A stretch of 62,899 bases of DNA, filler included, from Stramenopiles sp. TOSAG23-6 (Eukaryota), in assembly GCA_900128565.1 (NCBI GenBank). It is 10 parts of 10 records of this genome, joined end to end, with 100 filler letters (N's around TTAATTAATTAA, not from the genome) between each part and the next. Parts side by side here need not be neighbours in the genome. Positions count along the whole stretch, not along the records: positions 17,034 to 25,420 come from LT636455.1; positions 25,521 to 33,904 come from LT636456.1; positions 34,005 to 42,379 come from LT636457.1; 7 more parts are not named here. The stretch is one strand, 5' to 3'. The notes under the pieces were generated by a model. That model worked only from the letters and a program-made list of their open reading frames with translations. It was not told the origin of the DNA and made no database searches. The position numbers and the translations under genes were made by a program. Below, in pieces: positions 23,001-34,019 of the stretch (position 1 is the stretch's first letter; the number at the start of each line of letters is the position of its first letter).

Positions 23001-23009
23001 TACCGGGTA
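23001..23009. promoter_or_regulatory. TACCGGGTA upstream motif; also at 43754, 48516, 51826, 60816
   Basis: Same 9-mer five times, each intergenic and within about 230 nt of a start codon. Confidence 0.6.
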
Positions 23010-23079
23010 CCAAAAATCAGTTAATAATTAATTTATGTCAAAACATTTGTTTGAAATTTATATTTGCTTTTTATAACCA

Positions 23080-24108
23080 TTAATTTATATTAAAAAGATC
23101 CCGAAGCCAATCATTAGCAACAAAAGTGATTGCTGCCGCTGGAGAAGACTTCATTGCATTAATAAAGCATCCAGCATAAAATGGCGCAAGGACTCTACCC
23201 TGCATGTTCCCCTGTTTATACAGTGATCGAAAACAATTTCTAATTTTACCTTTATATTTTCTACTCCAAACAACATTCCCACGACTATTCCCTCCTTCAT
23301 GTCTACCTTCTTTCACCCATGCACCATCTAGCATAAGTTGGCGTTTGATAGTATCCATCGGGTAACATACTAATGACGCACAGAGTCCGGAAAACCAACC
23401 ACAACCTAGAGAAAAGGCTGTTCGTCGGAAAGCTAGATCTTCTGGTTTGGCAAGATCATCGTTTAGAAGCGAAGGTAAAAGCTGGGCTTTCAAAAATTCA
23501 TAACCACCCAATGATATTGCAACATAAGGAGCAATTTCGACGAGTGAAATACAGACACCCTTGTATAGGCCAGTAACGCCTTCAGCGCGTTTGGTCTTCA
23601 AGAGCATACCTACTAAAGTTCTCGTCGCATCTCGACGGCCTAGTTTACTATTTTCTATTTTACTTCTAGATGAACGAACATCAGCAGCAAGTCTAGTTCG
23701 AGCTAGATCAAGTGGATAAGTCGCTAACATTGTCGAGAAACCTGATAAACCACCGGCCATCATTTGCCTAAACAGGGATAAGTCTGCTAAAGAAGAACAA
23801 TCTTTTGGTGTCATAAAATCCCGAAAACGATCAAATAATGTAAATCTCATTGCATATGTCGGCACAATCCTAAGACAATTTGCAAAATTACCTCTCCAGA
23901 GAGCTGCAATTCCCTGATCACTACTAATTCGATGAATACCACTAAATAATCCCTCAAATGGACGATGCCCAAATGACTTATTCAACATGGACTGCGTCTG
24001 TAAAATAATTTTAATGCGCTCAATTGGAGCAAGCACAGTTTTACCAATTGCACTTGCTCCTCCACCACATAGCATTTGTATTCCCACTTCATGAAGTTGA
24101 TCTTTCAT
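23080..24108 (-). CDS. Mitochondrial carrier (SLC25 family)
   Basis: Three signature motifs: PIERIK, PLDLAR, PMDTIK. Confidence 0.9.
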   Translation of the reverse strand: MKDQLHEVGIQMLCGGGASAIGKTVLAPIERIKIILQTQSMLNKSFGHRPFEGLFSGIHRISSDQGIAALWRGNFANCLRIVPTYAMRFTLFDRFRDFMTPKDCSSLADLSLFRQMMAGGLSGFSTMLATYPLDLARTRLAADVRSSRSKIENSKLGRRDATRTLVGMLLKTKRAEGVTGLYKGVCISLVEIAPYVAISLGGYEFLKAQLLPSLLNDDLAKPEDLAFRRTAFSLGCGWFSGLCASLVCYPMDTIKRQLMLDGAWVKEGRHEGGNSRGNVVWSRKYKGKIRNCFRSLYKQGNMQGRVLAPFYAGCFINAMKSSPAAAITFVANDWLRDLFNIN

Positions 24109-24562
24109 TGAATTATGCTAATCAATCTCTACAAAAGTTTCAACTGGTACGTTGTACAGGAAGGACTATAAAATTGCGCCTATACGAACGTTCACGAGAA
24201 CACAATGTTGGAATCCCCAAGTGCTTCCAAGGACAATTTTGTCGGTCAACTCAATTTTGCAAAAATTTGCTATTTATTTCGAAATTTCGATTTTTTAAAT
24301 TTGAAATTTCCTAATTTCGTGTTGTGTCGTTGGGTTCGTTCGGTCCGTTTAATATTGCGTTAATATCTTTGCAAGACTACCTCTACTAAATATTATTTTG
24401 CACTGGGTACCAGAAATATTACTTTCTTTAGTTTTCGCTTTGAACCTTTTTAGTCGTTAGTAATACAAAAGAAGACTCAGTGTTTTTTTTAATGCATTGG
24501 TTAAAATTTTATCTGTAATGAGATTATTGAATATTTTAGTATATCTTGTATAATCTTCAATC

Positions 24563-25339
24563 ATGTTACGGAAAATCCTGAAAAAATGTAAACTAGTACG
24601 CAAAACATCTGCGGAATCAAAGACAAATCCAAAAATAGATACTTCTATACCTCTACCTTCAATAGGTGCTTCCACGGTCACATCGCACCAAAATATGAAT
24701 CAAGGAACACGAAATTCTGAAGCGAATAACGAGGCAATAATGACAACTATGCTCAGCTCTGAAGCGAATAATGAGGCAATAATGCCAACTATGCTCAGCA
24801 TATCTTCTAAAACAACAAAGGAACTTAGAATTGAACTTACTAAACGAGGTCTTTCCAGTACCGGTCGCAAGAATGAACTCCGCCAAAGGTTACTTCATTA
24901 TACGCCGAAAATACAAAGTGAAACTTCCAAAAGTATTTATGCATCGCCATTTATGGAATTTGTTAAACAGTTATCCATCACTGATTTAAGTGAAGAACTG
25001 CTGAAGCGGGGATTAGAAACTAACGGAACATTCAGTGAAAAGCAGTTACGCCTTGCGAATGCAGTTTCAAAACCTCCAGTCCCGCCGTCAGTAAGAAATC
25101 AAAACTATTTGAAACTAAAAGAAGTAGATACTAATTATACGACAACAAGCGGGGTGAATGATACTTGTAGCCGGCGACGGCAGCGAAAAAGTTTAAGACT
25201 TCCAGACAAGGAAATTGATCAAGGATTAGCAACTGTGAGTTTTGAGTTAGATCTGACAATTCGTTCAAATTTCGAGGAGTCTAGAGAATTTACAATATAC
25301 AATGGTAAAAAAGTGACTTCAATTTTAGGGTGGAGAAAA
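24563..25339 (+). CDS. SAP-domain protein, 3'-partial
   Basis: ELRIELTKRGLSSTGRKNELRQRL plus a second SAP-like motif; ends at an intron donor. Confidence 0.75.
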
Positions 25340-25420
25340 GTACGTTTTCATTATGAATTTCAAATAATTTTTTTTTCGTACGAAATTTTGTACCTAACAA
25401 ATTTCGAATTTAATTTTTTT
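25340..25420 (+). other. Introner-like intron, 5' part, cut by contig end
   Basis: aaa|gtacgttttcat...cgtacgaaattttgtacctaac. Confidence 0.8.
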
Positions 25421-25520
25421 NNNNNNNNNNNNNNNNNNNNNNNNNNNNNNNNNNNNNNNNNNNNTTAATTAATTAANNNNNNNNNNNNNNNNNNNNNNNN
25501 NNNNNNNNNNNNNNNNNNNN

Positions 25521-25580
25521 TTTTTCATACGAAATTTTGTACCTAACGAATTTTTTTTGAAATATTTTTCCAAAATACAT
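25521..25580 (+). other. Introner-like intron, 3' part ending TACAT
   Basis: Core motif plus ccaaaatacat|gct agt ata. Confidence 0.75.
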
Positions 25581-25853
25581 GCTAGTATATTAATAACAAA
25601 GACATCTCCATTACCATTATCGATTTCTATCTCCAACGCATTACAAAATAATGCGTGTAAAAACAGTATTTCTGAGGATGAAGTCCTCTGGCATGGAATT
25701 ATTTTCAAAGATTTAGGTAGCACAAATGGTTCTTTTATAGATGGTTCGGATGATGCTATAGAGGAAAATGTACCCAAAGGATTGCACCAAGGCACTCGCA
25801 TACGTCTCGGACAGTCTGTATTTGAAGTTTCTCTGATTTTTGTCGATGTTTAA
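25581..25853 (+). CDS. FHA-domain C-terminal exon, partial
   Basis: FKDLGSTNGSFI...LHQGTRIRLG. Confidence 0.75.
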   Translation, partial: ASILITKTSPLPLSISISNALQNNACKNSISEDEVLWHGIIFKDLGSTNGSFIDGSDDAIEENVPKGLHQGTRIRLGQSVFEVSLIFVDV

Positions 25854-26024
25854 TCAAACATTCAACCTTGAAATAGTTTGTATAGAAAGGAATATAGAAA
25901 ATCTTAATATATATTTGAATTAGGGTTAGGGTTTGTATAGAAAGGAATATAGAAAATCTTAATATACTTGAATTAGATTATCTTTTTAATTGATCATCAA
26001 TAATGTTCAATAACATAGCTATAC

Positions 26025-27362
26025 TCATATACCACCTTCATCATAATAATCATCTTCATCATCATCATCCCAATAGTCTCCCTCTTCCATGTGGCCATCC
26101 ATTTCTGCAAAATCAACCGACCATCGAAGAATTCCGCCGAGTCCGCCAAATCCACGAACAAATTGGGCACCCTCCTGAGATTTGTTTGTAATAAATTCCA
26201 ACGAAGCACCAAACTCTTTGAAATGTTCGGCAAACCATTCAACTAAAACCTCTTTCTTAACAATATCGAAGTCCACGCCACTTTCATTTTGGAAGTGTTT
26301 AGGATCTTTTTGTTCAAGTGGCGTGAGATATTTGACAAATTCTTCCCCAGTTGCAGAGTCCTTCATTTCTATACGATCCATTTCAAGATTTTCATAAACA
26401 ATGAGTTTTTCAATGGCTGACATCTCCAAGGCACGGAGGGTGTCTTTTACGCCAAAACAATACTTACCAGAATCCGTGGCAATTTCATCAAAATATTGAG
26501 TAATTAGTTTTTTCTCATGAACAAATTTAATGTTACCCAAGCATGCCGCAGAAAGCTCAATTGCTTGATTAAAGCCATTCTGGCCACCATAGGAAACATC
26601 TACAGTTTGAATAACTATTTTTCTTAATCGTAGGTCGAAATGTTGTGATTGCTGTAATTCAACTTTAAAGGCTGCAGAACCGGCACAAATGATACCTTTT
26701 ACATTAGCTTTATCATTTTCGATGAATAATTGTGTTGACATTTCAGCGACCTTGCGCACATAGTTTTTACGTTTCTCGAGACGTAAGCGAGCAAAACGTG
26801 CAGCCGACTGACCACCACGACCGTGTTTCTTTGGCAAATCCACGGAAAACTTATGAAGTACCTTGCGTGTGTTTCCGCAAAGCGTACCATATAGACAACC
26901 ATTACCATCCATTACAATAAATCCAAATACATCATCATCTGCCATCAGCTCCCCCAGTGCCTCAGTGTGAAACTTGTTATCACACAGGTAAAGGGAGGTA
27001 TTGATAGCGCGGAAAGGCTCAAAATCGATAGTTACCTTTTTATCTTTACCATCTTCTGTGAGGATTGTACCGCAATACATTACCAAACCATTTGGTGGAA
27101 CCTTGGAGTAAAGTTTAAGTCTTGCCTGAGTCGAAGTAATTGCACCCAATACTGAGAGACGATTGACACGAGACTTAATGTTAGAGGCAGTACCGTACTC
27201 ATCGCCAAGCATTTTGTATACTTTTGAGACTTGGTCACCAGGTGGAATGATAAGAGAAATCATACTGGTTCCGTTACCACGGGCAGCCTGAAGATTTTTC
27301 ACAAGTTGCTTGATCTTCCAGATTGCAATATGTGTATCTTCATCTTCTTTACCGGATGACAT
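26025..27362 (-). CDS. ETF1: Eukaryotic peptide chain release factor 1
   Basis: GTS, TASNIKS, YLCDNKF and GGQ motifs all intact. Confidence 0.97.
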   Translation of the reverse strand: MSSGKEDEDTHIAIWKIKQLVKNLQAARGNGTSMISLIIPPGDQVSKVYKMLGDEYGTASNIKSRVNRLSVLGAITSTQARLKLYSKVPPNGLVMYCGTILTEDGKDKKVTIDFEPFRAINTSLYLCDNKFHTEALGELMADDDVFGFIVMDGNGCLYGTLCGNTRKVLHKFSVDLPKKHGRGGQSAARFARLRLEKRKNYVRKVAEMSTQLFIENDKANVKGIICAGSAAFKVELQQSQHFDLRLRKIVIQTVDVSYGGQNGFNQAIELSAACLGNIKFVHEKKLITQYFDEIATDSGKYCFGVKDTLRALEMSAIEKLIVYENLEMDRIEMKDSATGEEFVKYLTPLEQKDPKHFQNESGVDFDIVKKEVLVEWFAEHFKEFGASLEFITNKSQEGAQFVRGFGGLGGILRWSVDFAEMDGHMEEGDYWDDDDEDDYYDEGGI

Positions 27363-27659
27363 TGTGGGTGTAATGAGTGGATGCCACAGAAAGTAGAAGC
27401 AGTAAAGCAACGCACTTGGGGTTAAATGGCCTCGCGAGTCAGCGTGTCTCGAACTTCTTTCATCTTGCTTTTTTCGCGGTATTTCGTGTTCTTCTAGTCA
27501 AAGTCAAATAGACTGTAAGCGCAGGGTATCAAGTAGGACACTCTGGAGTAGTCAATTGTAACTGTGTGTGTGTGTGTTGTTATAATAATTGAAGGACAGA
27601 AGAAGATTTCAAATTCAACTATACGGTACCTGCATCTGGAAGTTGTTTGTCATATCGAA

Positions 27660-29209
27660 ATGGCGGGTAACAATGCGGAGAGAGAAATGCTTGCAAAAGA
27701 AGTTTTAGGTGAAAAGCAAGTCAAGGACTATGGAATTCGACCCGTGCAATGGATACGCGCCAAGGCTGGTGTTTTGAATTGTTTGGTCCAATGGGGAGAC
27801 CACCCTGAGAATAAGAAAATTTTTGTAGAGGGAAATGGAGGTTGGAAGTTTGCTGGATATAAGCTAACCCGACAGCGTTTGGAGAAGAATCGTTGGAGTG
27901 AAAAAGGCGTTATTGAACTAGGGCCAGACAAGAATGAGCATTTAGTTGAGCCACTTACACCAGAGAAGCACTTTCGTTTTCTTGTTACACCGTTTGTAAG
28001 GACCTTTGTTCGGCGAGAAGTCCTTGGTGATTCTATACAATCTAAGAGCATCATAGTAAATAAAAAGTTGCCCGAAGGGTGGGTTACAGTTCGAAGTGGT
28101 AATGGTAGTCGTCATTTTTTAAATACAGTGACAAAAGAACAACAAATAGAAGAACCTGATCCAAGTGATCATTATTTTCTACCCACTGAGATACGTAAAA
28201 ACTTCACCATAGATCAACGAGCTGAAATGCTAGAATATTTCCTAGAATATGATACTGATAGATCAGGATCGCTAAGTTCTGATGAGCTGTGGGAAGTTTT
28301 AGATGATATGGATATAAAGATTCCGGAAAAGAAATTCGAGAAGCTATTTTCTACTCTAGACACTGATAAAAGTGGCGAGCTTGAATATATAAAGTTTGTT
28401 CAACTATATACCATGTGCAGTAAAGGAGCCGAATCAATGGTAAGTAATAATACTTTCTTTTGGTGTTATCTGCAATATTTTATTTTGATGTTCAAACTTT
28501 GTCTCCTTGATTAATTTCATACTCAAAAAAATGATAGCATATATTATATTTTCCCTCACAGCTTGGACCACAATTGCGGAAATTTGGCAAATTAGCAAAA
28601 AAAGGTGCAAGCAACGCAGTATCTAAAGCTGCAACGCGAGTGCAGGAACGTCTTAGTGATGCAATAAACAATGTAGCTGAAGAGGTAGCTAGTATCATCA
28701 AAAAAGTATCGATAGAAGAAAAAATGATGGGTTGGGCTTCTACTATTACTGACGAAGGTATAATGTATTATTATAATGCGGAAACCAGAGAGACTAGTTG
28801 GGAACTTCCAGACCAAGTCCGTTTTTATTGTTCACCTGAATTAAAATTGCGCTTCAAAGAGAATGAATTTCAGGATATCATTGAAGCATTTAAAAAAGCA
28901 GATACTGATGGAAGTGGTGCTCTGGATGAAAGTGAGGTATTAGGTGTTATGAAAGGGTTTGGAGCTAACATGTCAAGAAAACGTTTGAAAGAACTAATCT
29001 GTGTTTTAGATGTAGATGGAAGCGGTGAAATCGAATTTGAAGAGTTTGTTGGTTTGGTCTATGGTGCCCGTAAAGGAAAGGTTGGGGTCGGTAAATTTCT
29101 ATTTGGAATGGCTAAAAACATAGTTAAAAAGAAGAAAAAAGTGAAAGTTGAACCAGAAGAATTATTGAACGAGAATGCCACTAGTACAACAAATCAAGAC
29201 AATAAATAA
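27660..29209 (+). CDS. WW and EF-hand protein; canonical GT-AG intron 28440-28561
   Basis: WW motifs (YYYNAETRETSWELP), EF-hands (DTDGSGALD); atg|gtaagt...tcacag|ctt, phase 0. Confidence 0.85.
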
Positions 29210-29213
29210 TTTA

Positions 29214-30431
29214 TTATTCGTAACTTAATTTTTGTTTTTTTCTAAGAAAGTATCGCTCCCGTGCAGCTGTAATTTCATCATCTGTGGTCTTTCGTATAAA
29301 ATCCATAGAAGCAGGAGGCACAGATGAGTTCATTTTTGCAGCGACACGATCATCTATTGACTTTGGAATATCGCTATTAGTATTATATCTTATATGTTTA
29401 TCATTTTCATTATTACTTGATTCGAAAATACCTTTTTGGCTATTTTCACTCCGACTAGATGAATCATTTTCTTGACTATCCGTACACTTATCAACATTTC
29501 GTTCTTCTTTAGTATTTTTTTTTTCTCTACAGTCATTTTTTTGTGCAGTACTAGTTGAGCGCATTGCTGCCATTACCTTTGCAAAAATCGTGGGAGGATT
29601 GATTCGTTTCTGATTTGTTTTTGTATTGAACCAGTAAAATGTGCCTGGTCTCGTTGTACTTTCGCGTTGCTTCCACACAGCTAGTGCAGCTTTTAGTTCT
29701 TTCTGCTCTGCAATGGACAAACTTGACTTTATAGCAACTTTTTTTTTGTCATCTTCACTTAAATTATGAGAACTATTTTTTTCATCTTTACTATTAGCAT
29801 CTTCTGTTGTTTCATTTAAATGATTGCGGTATAAATCACCTAAATTACCAGTTTTAGACTCACTCAATTTGTCTTTTGCATCTTGCTCAATCTGCCACTT
29901 CTTGTCTGCCTCTAATTTCTTTTTATAACCAGAAGTGACAAATACCTCTGTATCGCCAAATTGCTCCCGCTCTTCCTCTTGTTCTTTTAGAATACGACGC
30001 TCATTGATAATTGCAAGTTCGCGTTTTCTATTATTAGCTTTATCCTTCAATGTACCAATATACTTCGATTTTTGCTGCACTTTTTTCCCTTCAGGGTTGT
30101 AAATGGCACCATATGCCTTTTGACGACCTTTCCCTTTCTTCTTCACTGCATCACACTCGGTAGTTTTCCATGAATCATAATCATAAACAGCATCATCTTT
30201 TTCTAAAACATGTGCATTGGATGCAAGAGCAGAGCGACTAATACGAGCTTGTTCCTTGCGTATTATCGCGTTAGCTCTATTCTTCTTCTGCTGACGAGAA
30301 GTGCCTACATTTTCCTCAATATTTTTCGAGACTGCCCCGAAAATTGAAGGCTGCATAGTAGCAGTTTTTGCCTTCTTGGAACCTTTGTTTCCAAACTTGA
30401 AGCCAGTTGGCTTTCGGTGTGAACTTGACAT
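29214..30431 (-). CDS. NSRP1: NSRP1/CCDC55-like splicing regulator (DUF2040) with a WW-like segment
   Basis: VYDYD, SKYI..L, FGDTEVFVTSGYKKKL, C-terminal AARERYFLRK. Confidence 0.8.
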   Translation of the reverse strand: MSSSHRKPTGFKFGNKGSKKAKTATMQPSIFGAVSKNIEENVGTSRQQKKNRANAIIRKEQARISRSALASNAHVLEKDDAVYDYDSWKTTECDAVKKKGKGRQKAYGAIYNPEGKKVQQKSKYIGTLKDKANNRKRELAIINERRILKEQEEEREQFGDTEVFVTSGYKKKLEADKKWQIEQDAKDKLSESKTGNLGDLYRNHLNETTEDANSKDEKNSSHNLSEDDKKKVAIKSSLSIAEQKELKAALAVWKQRESTTRPGTFYWFNTKTNQKRINPPTIFAKVMAAMRSTSTAQKNDCREKKNTKEERNVDKCTDSQENDSSSRSENSQKGIFESSNNENDKHIRYNTNSDIPKSIDDRVAAKMNSSVPPASMDFIRKTTDDEITAARERYFLRKKQKLSYE

Positions 30432-30716
30432 GGATAATATTCCAGATTTTTGATCACAATGCTACTTCCATATTTTTTCTTGTTTTTTTTTGTTCCTCGC
30501 CCGAGATGAAGGAAAATTGGCATGATCTGATCGCGAAACAAGCCCTAACCCTAACAACGCGACGCCGCCCGACACGAAACCCGAAACCGAAATTCAAATC
30601 AAAATTATTGCGATTTCAGATTATATCTAAATCTTATTTTCTTGAAATCGTCAAAAGTTTTCAATTTAGGATTTGAGATTAGATTGAGATAAACATTTTA
30701 TTCATTCACAAAACTC

Positions 30717-32201
30717 ATGGTTGATTTGTTTCACACGTATGAAGCAGAGAGTACTATGTATGATTCGGCGAGAAATTTTGAACATTTAATGAGGAGTTTT
30801 TCAAGTATAGATACCCATGCTGCATTATTGGAGTGTACACCTTCTCTCATTGAACTTCGAGCCGAACGTCACCAACTAGAGAAAAAGATGGAATTACTCC
30901 AGGCATCAAGCAAAGCTCGTTTTCTACAGGCAAAAGAACTAAGCCATATACATATAAATAGTCTCCGTAGAACGATAGAGTATACAGAAAAGCAAGAAGC
31001 AGCTTCACAAATACGCAATAACGAGTTATTACTTCAAATCGATAGCGTTATTTCAAATATTCATGGTGTTATGAAAAGCAGTGGTAATAAACTATTCTCC
31101 AGTAAAATTGAATTTAAGAAGAATATGGATACTTTATTTCCCAAATTTCTAAAAAAAAATGAAATGTGGAGAGTTGAAGAAGGCAAACGAATAGAGAAAA
31201 GACGAAAAGAAACTGAAAATCGTCGGCGAAAAGCGACCTTACTATTCGAGAAGGAGCAAGTTTCTCTCAAACTTTTGGCACAAAAAAAGCATGAATTGAA
31301 AACTGTGGAAATATTGGAATGTAAGGAAGCAGCTAATAGAGCAACGGTGTTACGCGAGGTGTATAAAGATATAAGAGAAGTTGATGAACTTATGGCTCGT
31401 GCAGCACGGTGTGAAATAAAAAATGATACTGTGAACGTCGACTCTACACCTCAAAATACTCTTTATGACCGTATAATTGGCCAAAGAATGACAGAAGATG
31501 ATGAAAAGTTGATGAGATTAGATACTCAAGAAATCGAGCTTGAACAGCGGGTAAAAAATATTGGAATGAATTTGGAGGAAATTGAAACAAAACCTGAGAA
31601 GGAAGTACAGCGGTCTATTTGTACAACTAATAACCAGACAAATACTCAGACTATAGAATCAAAACAATTATCTCAACCTAGAAAAGTAAAAAATGTAAAA
31701 GGTAATCTTAATCTAGATAACATCAATAATGTAAGTAGTAAGGAATTGAAAAATCAAAAAAAATGTTCAGTAGTAAAGGTCGGGCAATCAGGAAGTTCTA
31801 GTGAACAGAGTATTCTCGGTGGATTAGATTCATCTTTTGATGAATCAGTAGACTCCCCTTTAGTTCGACATAAAATCAAAAATATTGGTTTTAATGTACC
31901 AACGCCAGAGATATCTCTTCGAAAAGGTTTGCAGATTTCTAATAAAATTACTGTATGTACTCCTGTTCGAAAGAAACAGTCTCTAGCTGCAACCCATATT
32001 GGAAGTCGACGATGGAGCCTTTCTGATGAGGATGAGGTATTCATGAATGATGTAAATAGTCACGATGAAAATAAAAATGATAGTAAAATAAAAGATGTAA
32101 AACAAGGTGATGGAACAAATATCGAGAGAAAGAGCGATGACACAGATAGTGAATTTGAATGGAATGCAATGATGAATGACTCAGATGAAGATATCGAATA
32201 A
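30717..32201 (+). CDS. Coiled-coil protein, weakly kizuna-like N-terminus
   Basis: 494-aa ORF; RHQLEKKM...RNNELL; the family assignment is only a recollected resemblance. Confidence 0.6.
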   Translation: MVDLFHTYEAESTMYDSARNFEHLMRSFSSIDTHAALLECTPSLIELRAERHQLEKKMELLQASSKARFLQAKELSHIHINSLRRTIEYTEKQEAASQIRNNELLLQIDSVISNIHGVMKSSGNKLFSSKIEFKKNMDTLFPKFLKKNEMWRVEEGKRIEKRRKETENRRRKATLLFEKEQVSLKLLAQKKHELKTVEILECKEAANRATVLREVYKDIREVDELMARAARCEIKNDTVNVDSTPQNTLYDRIIGQRMTEDDEKLMRLDTQEIELEQRVKNIGMNLEEIETKPEKEVQRSICTTNNQTNTQTIESKQLSQPRKVKNVKGNLNLDNINNVSSKELKNQKKCSVVKVGQSGSSSEQSILGGLDSSFDESVDSPLVRHKIKNIGFNVPTPEISLRKGLQISNKITVCTPVRKKQSLAATHIGSRRWSLSDEDEVFMNDVNSHDENKNDSKIKDVKQGDGTNIERKSDDTDSEFEWNAMMNDSDEDIE

Positions 32202-32248
32202 AAACTATTTATTTATATGTATTCTTGAATTATTTTTGATTAAAACAT

Positions 32249-33904
32249 TTACCATTGTTGTGGCTGATCTACATAGTGATTAGCTTCATTTTCAGCATCC
32301 TGAGCATATCCTTGATTATAGTCGGGGTGATGGGATTGCTGTTGATCATATTCTTCGTTATACTCTTGGTGATGGGATTGCTGTTGATAATACTCTTCAT
32401 TATACTCTTGGTGGTGCGTTTTTTGATGATCATATCCTTCATTGTACTCGTTGTGCTGATCTTGCTGTTGATTATATTCTTTCTTGCTATACTGTCCAGG
32501 ATTTTCCCAGGTCAAATTATCATGTGTAACTTTTTCGGTGTATTGTGCTTCGTCGCGTTGGCGAAGATATTCTGCTTCTACTGCTTCAACATCTTTCCCA
32601 GACTGGCGCAACTCTTCTCGCATTTGCAACATTACTTTCTTTGCATTAACGAAAACTTCTCGAGACAATTTCACGCCCATCCCAAATTCGCGCTCTGCAT
32701 CAAAGAGTAATATACAAAGTGAATAATGATCCCATGCATTCACTGCAGCATTTACATCTGCTTCCAGTCTCGTTTTCTCAACTAAAAGTTTCCCCTGATA
32801 GATTGCTCGTCCTACTGAACCACGATACATTGCTTGTAGTGTAATCACCCCCTGTTTTTTTTTTGTGAACGCCGCTTGACGGCGAAGAGCCTTTAAGCGT
32901 TTCTGTGATCTTCGGCCTCGCGCAATTGCCTGAATTTTTATCGATGCTTCTGCTTCTTGTCTGCTTTTTACTAATTGTTTTTTTCGAAAATCAAGAAATC
33001 TCCTTCGTTCAACATAGTCCTCTTTTTCAACCCGCCTTCTCAGTCGAGGACGAAGTGTATTCGTATCTCCCTTGAATGGCATTCCCCGAGCTCTCAATTC
33101 CTCTTGAAGTTGAACAATAGATAAATGTTCTACGTCTTTAACAGTCAAAGCACTCTTTGGTGGTAACTTTGGTGGAGGGAGTCCCTGCCAAACATTTGAT
33201 AAATATTTGTAATCGTAGTTATTTGGATCCAGCCCGATTGCATTATTCAATGCTGCTAATGCCAATTTTAGAGAACTATTTCGATAAAAGGAAACAGCTA
33301 ATAATTTCCATTCCTGAAAATTGTCAGCATCAATCACAATAGCTGCCATATAATAATCACAAGCAAACAGAAATTCGTCCTGCTTGTCGAATGCAGAAGC
33401 AACTTCTAGCCACGTCTTGGACTTTCCAATCCATTCCGTTGTCACTTTGTTTAATTGCTTAGGAGACATTTGAGATATAGATAACTTTGGAGTCCTTTTT
33501 CGAGGAGCACTTTCGGTTGTTTCCGTTTCTTGGTTCTTTTCATCAATGTCAACATGCTCTTCATTATCAGGATTCCATGGTTCACCAGTACATACTTCTT
33601 CATGTGCGCAACAAGCGTCATAAGAACCTTTAAAGCCACAATCTTTTTCGCATTCATACAATTTTCCAGTACTTTTAAGAGCACTTTGTGCAAGTTGAGT
33701 CTTTAGAGTTTTGGCTTTTTGCTTTGCTTCCTGAACTCTTTTTGTCGCTTTGACTTTAGCCGCTTTTGCTTGCTCTGCAGCAGCCGCTTTAAGTTTCTTT
33801 GCTTTCGCTTTCGCTGCTTGTTTTGCCTTTTCTTTCACTGCCTTGGCTTTTCTTTTTGCTATTTCTTTTTTGCGTTTTACCTCTGCTTTCGCCTCTTTGG
33901 TTTT
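32249..33904 (-). CDS. TPR-like, SAP and IQ-motif protein with Q/E/Y-rich tail, 5'-partial
   Basis: LQEELRARGMPFKG; IQAIARG; LQAMYRG; HHQEYNEEY repeats. Confidence 0.75.
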   Translation of the reverse strand, partial: KTKEAKAEVKRKKEIAKRKAKAVKEKAKQAAKAKAKKLKAAAAEQAKAAKVKATKRVQEAKQKAKTLKTQLAQSALKSTGKLYECEKDCGFKGSYDACCAHEEVCTGEPWNPDNEEHVDIDEKNQETETTESAPRKRTPKLSISQMSPKQLNKVTTEWIGKSKTWLEVASAFDKQDEFLFACDYYMAAIVIDADNFQEWKLLAVSFYRNSSLKLALAALNNAIGLDPNNYDYKYLSNVWQGLPPPKLPPKSALTVKDVEHLSIVQLQEELRARGMPFKGDTNTLRPRLRRRVEKEDYVERRRFLDFRKKQLVKSRQEAEASIKIQAIARGRRSQKRLKALRRQAAFTKKKQGVITLQAMYRGSVGRAIYQGKLLVEKTRLEADVNAAVNAWDHYSLCILLFDAEREFGMGVKLSREVFVNAKKVMLQMREELRQSGKDVEAVEAEYLRQRDEAQYTEKVTHDNLTWENPGQYSKKEYNQQQDQHNEYNEGYDHQKTHHQEYNEEYYQQQSHHQEYNEEYDQQQSHHPDYNQGYAQDAENEANHYVDQPQQW

Positions 33905-34019
33905 NNNNNNNNNNNNNNNNNNNNNNNNNNNNNNNNNNNNNNNNNNNNTTAATTAATTAANNNNNNNNNNNNNNNNNNNNNNNNNNNNNNNNNNNNNNNN
34001 NNNNAAAAAAAAAACATAC

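Noticed and set aside
24563-25853. Single SAP-FHA gene across the gap
   Set aside because: Different contigs; both sides contain their own core motif, so they are different introns.
26025-27362. Stop-codon reassignment suggested by fragmented ORFs
   Set aside because: eRF1 decoding motifs are standard, genes end in TAA, TAG and TGA, and introns explain the fragmentation.
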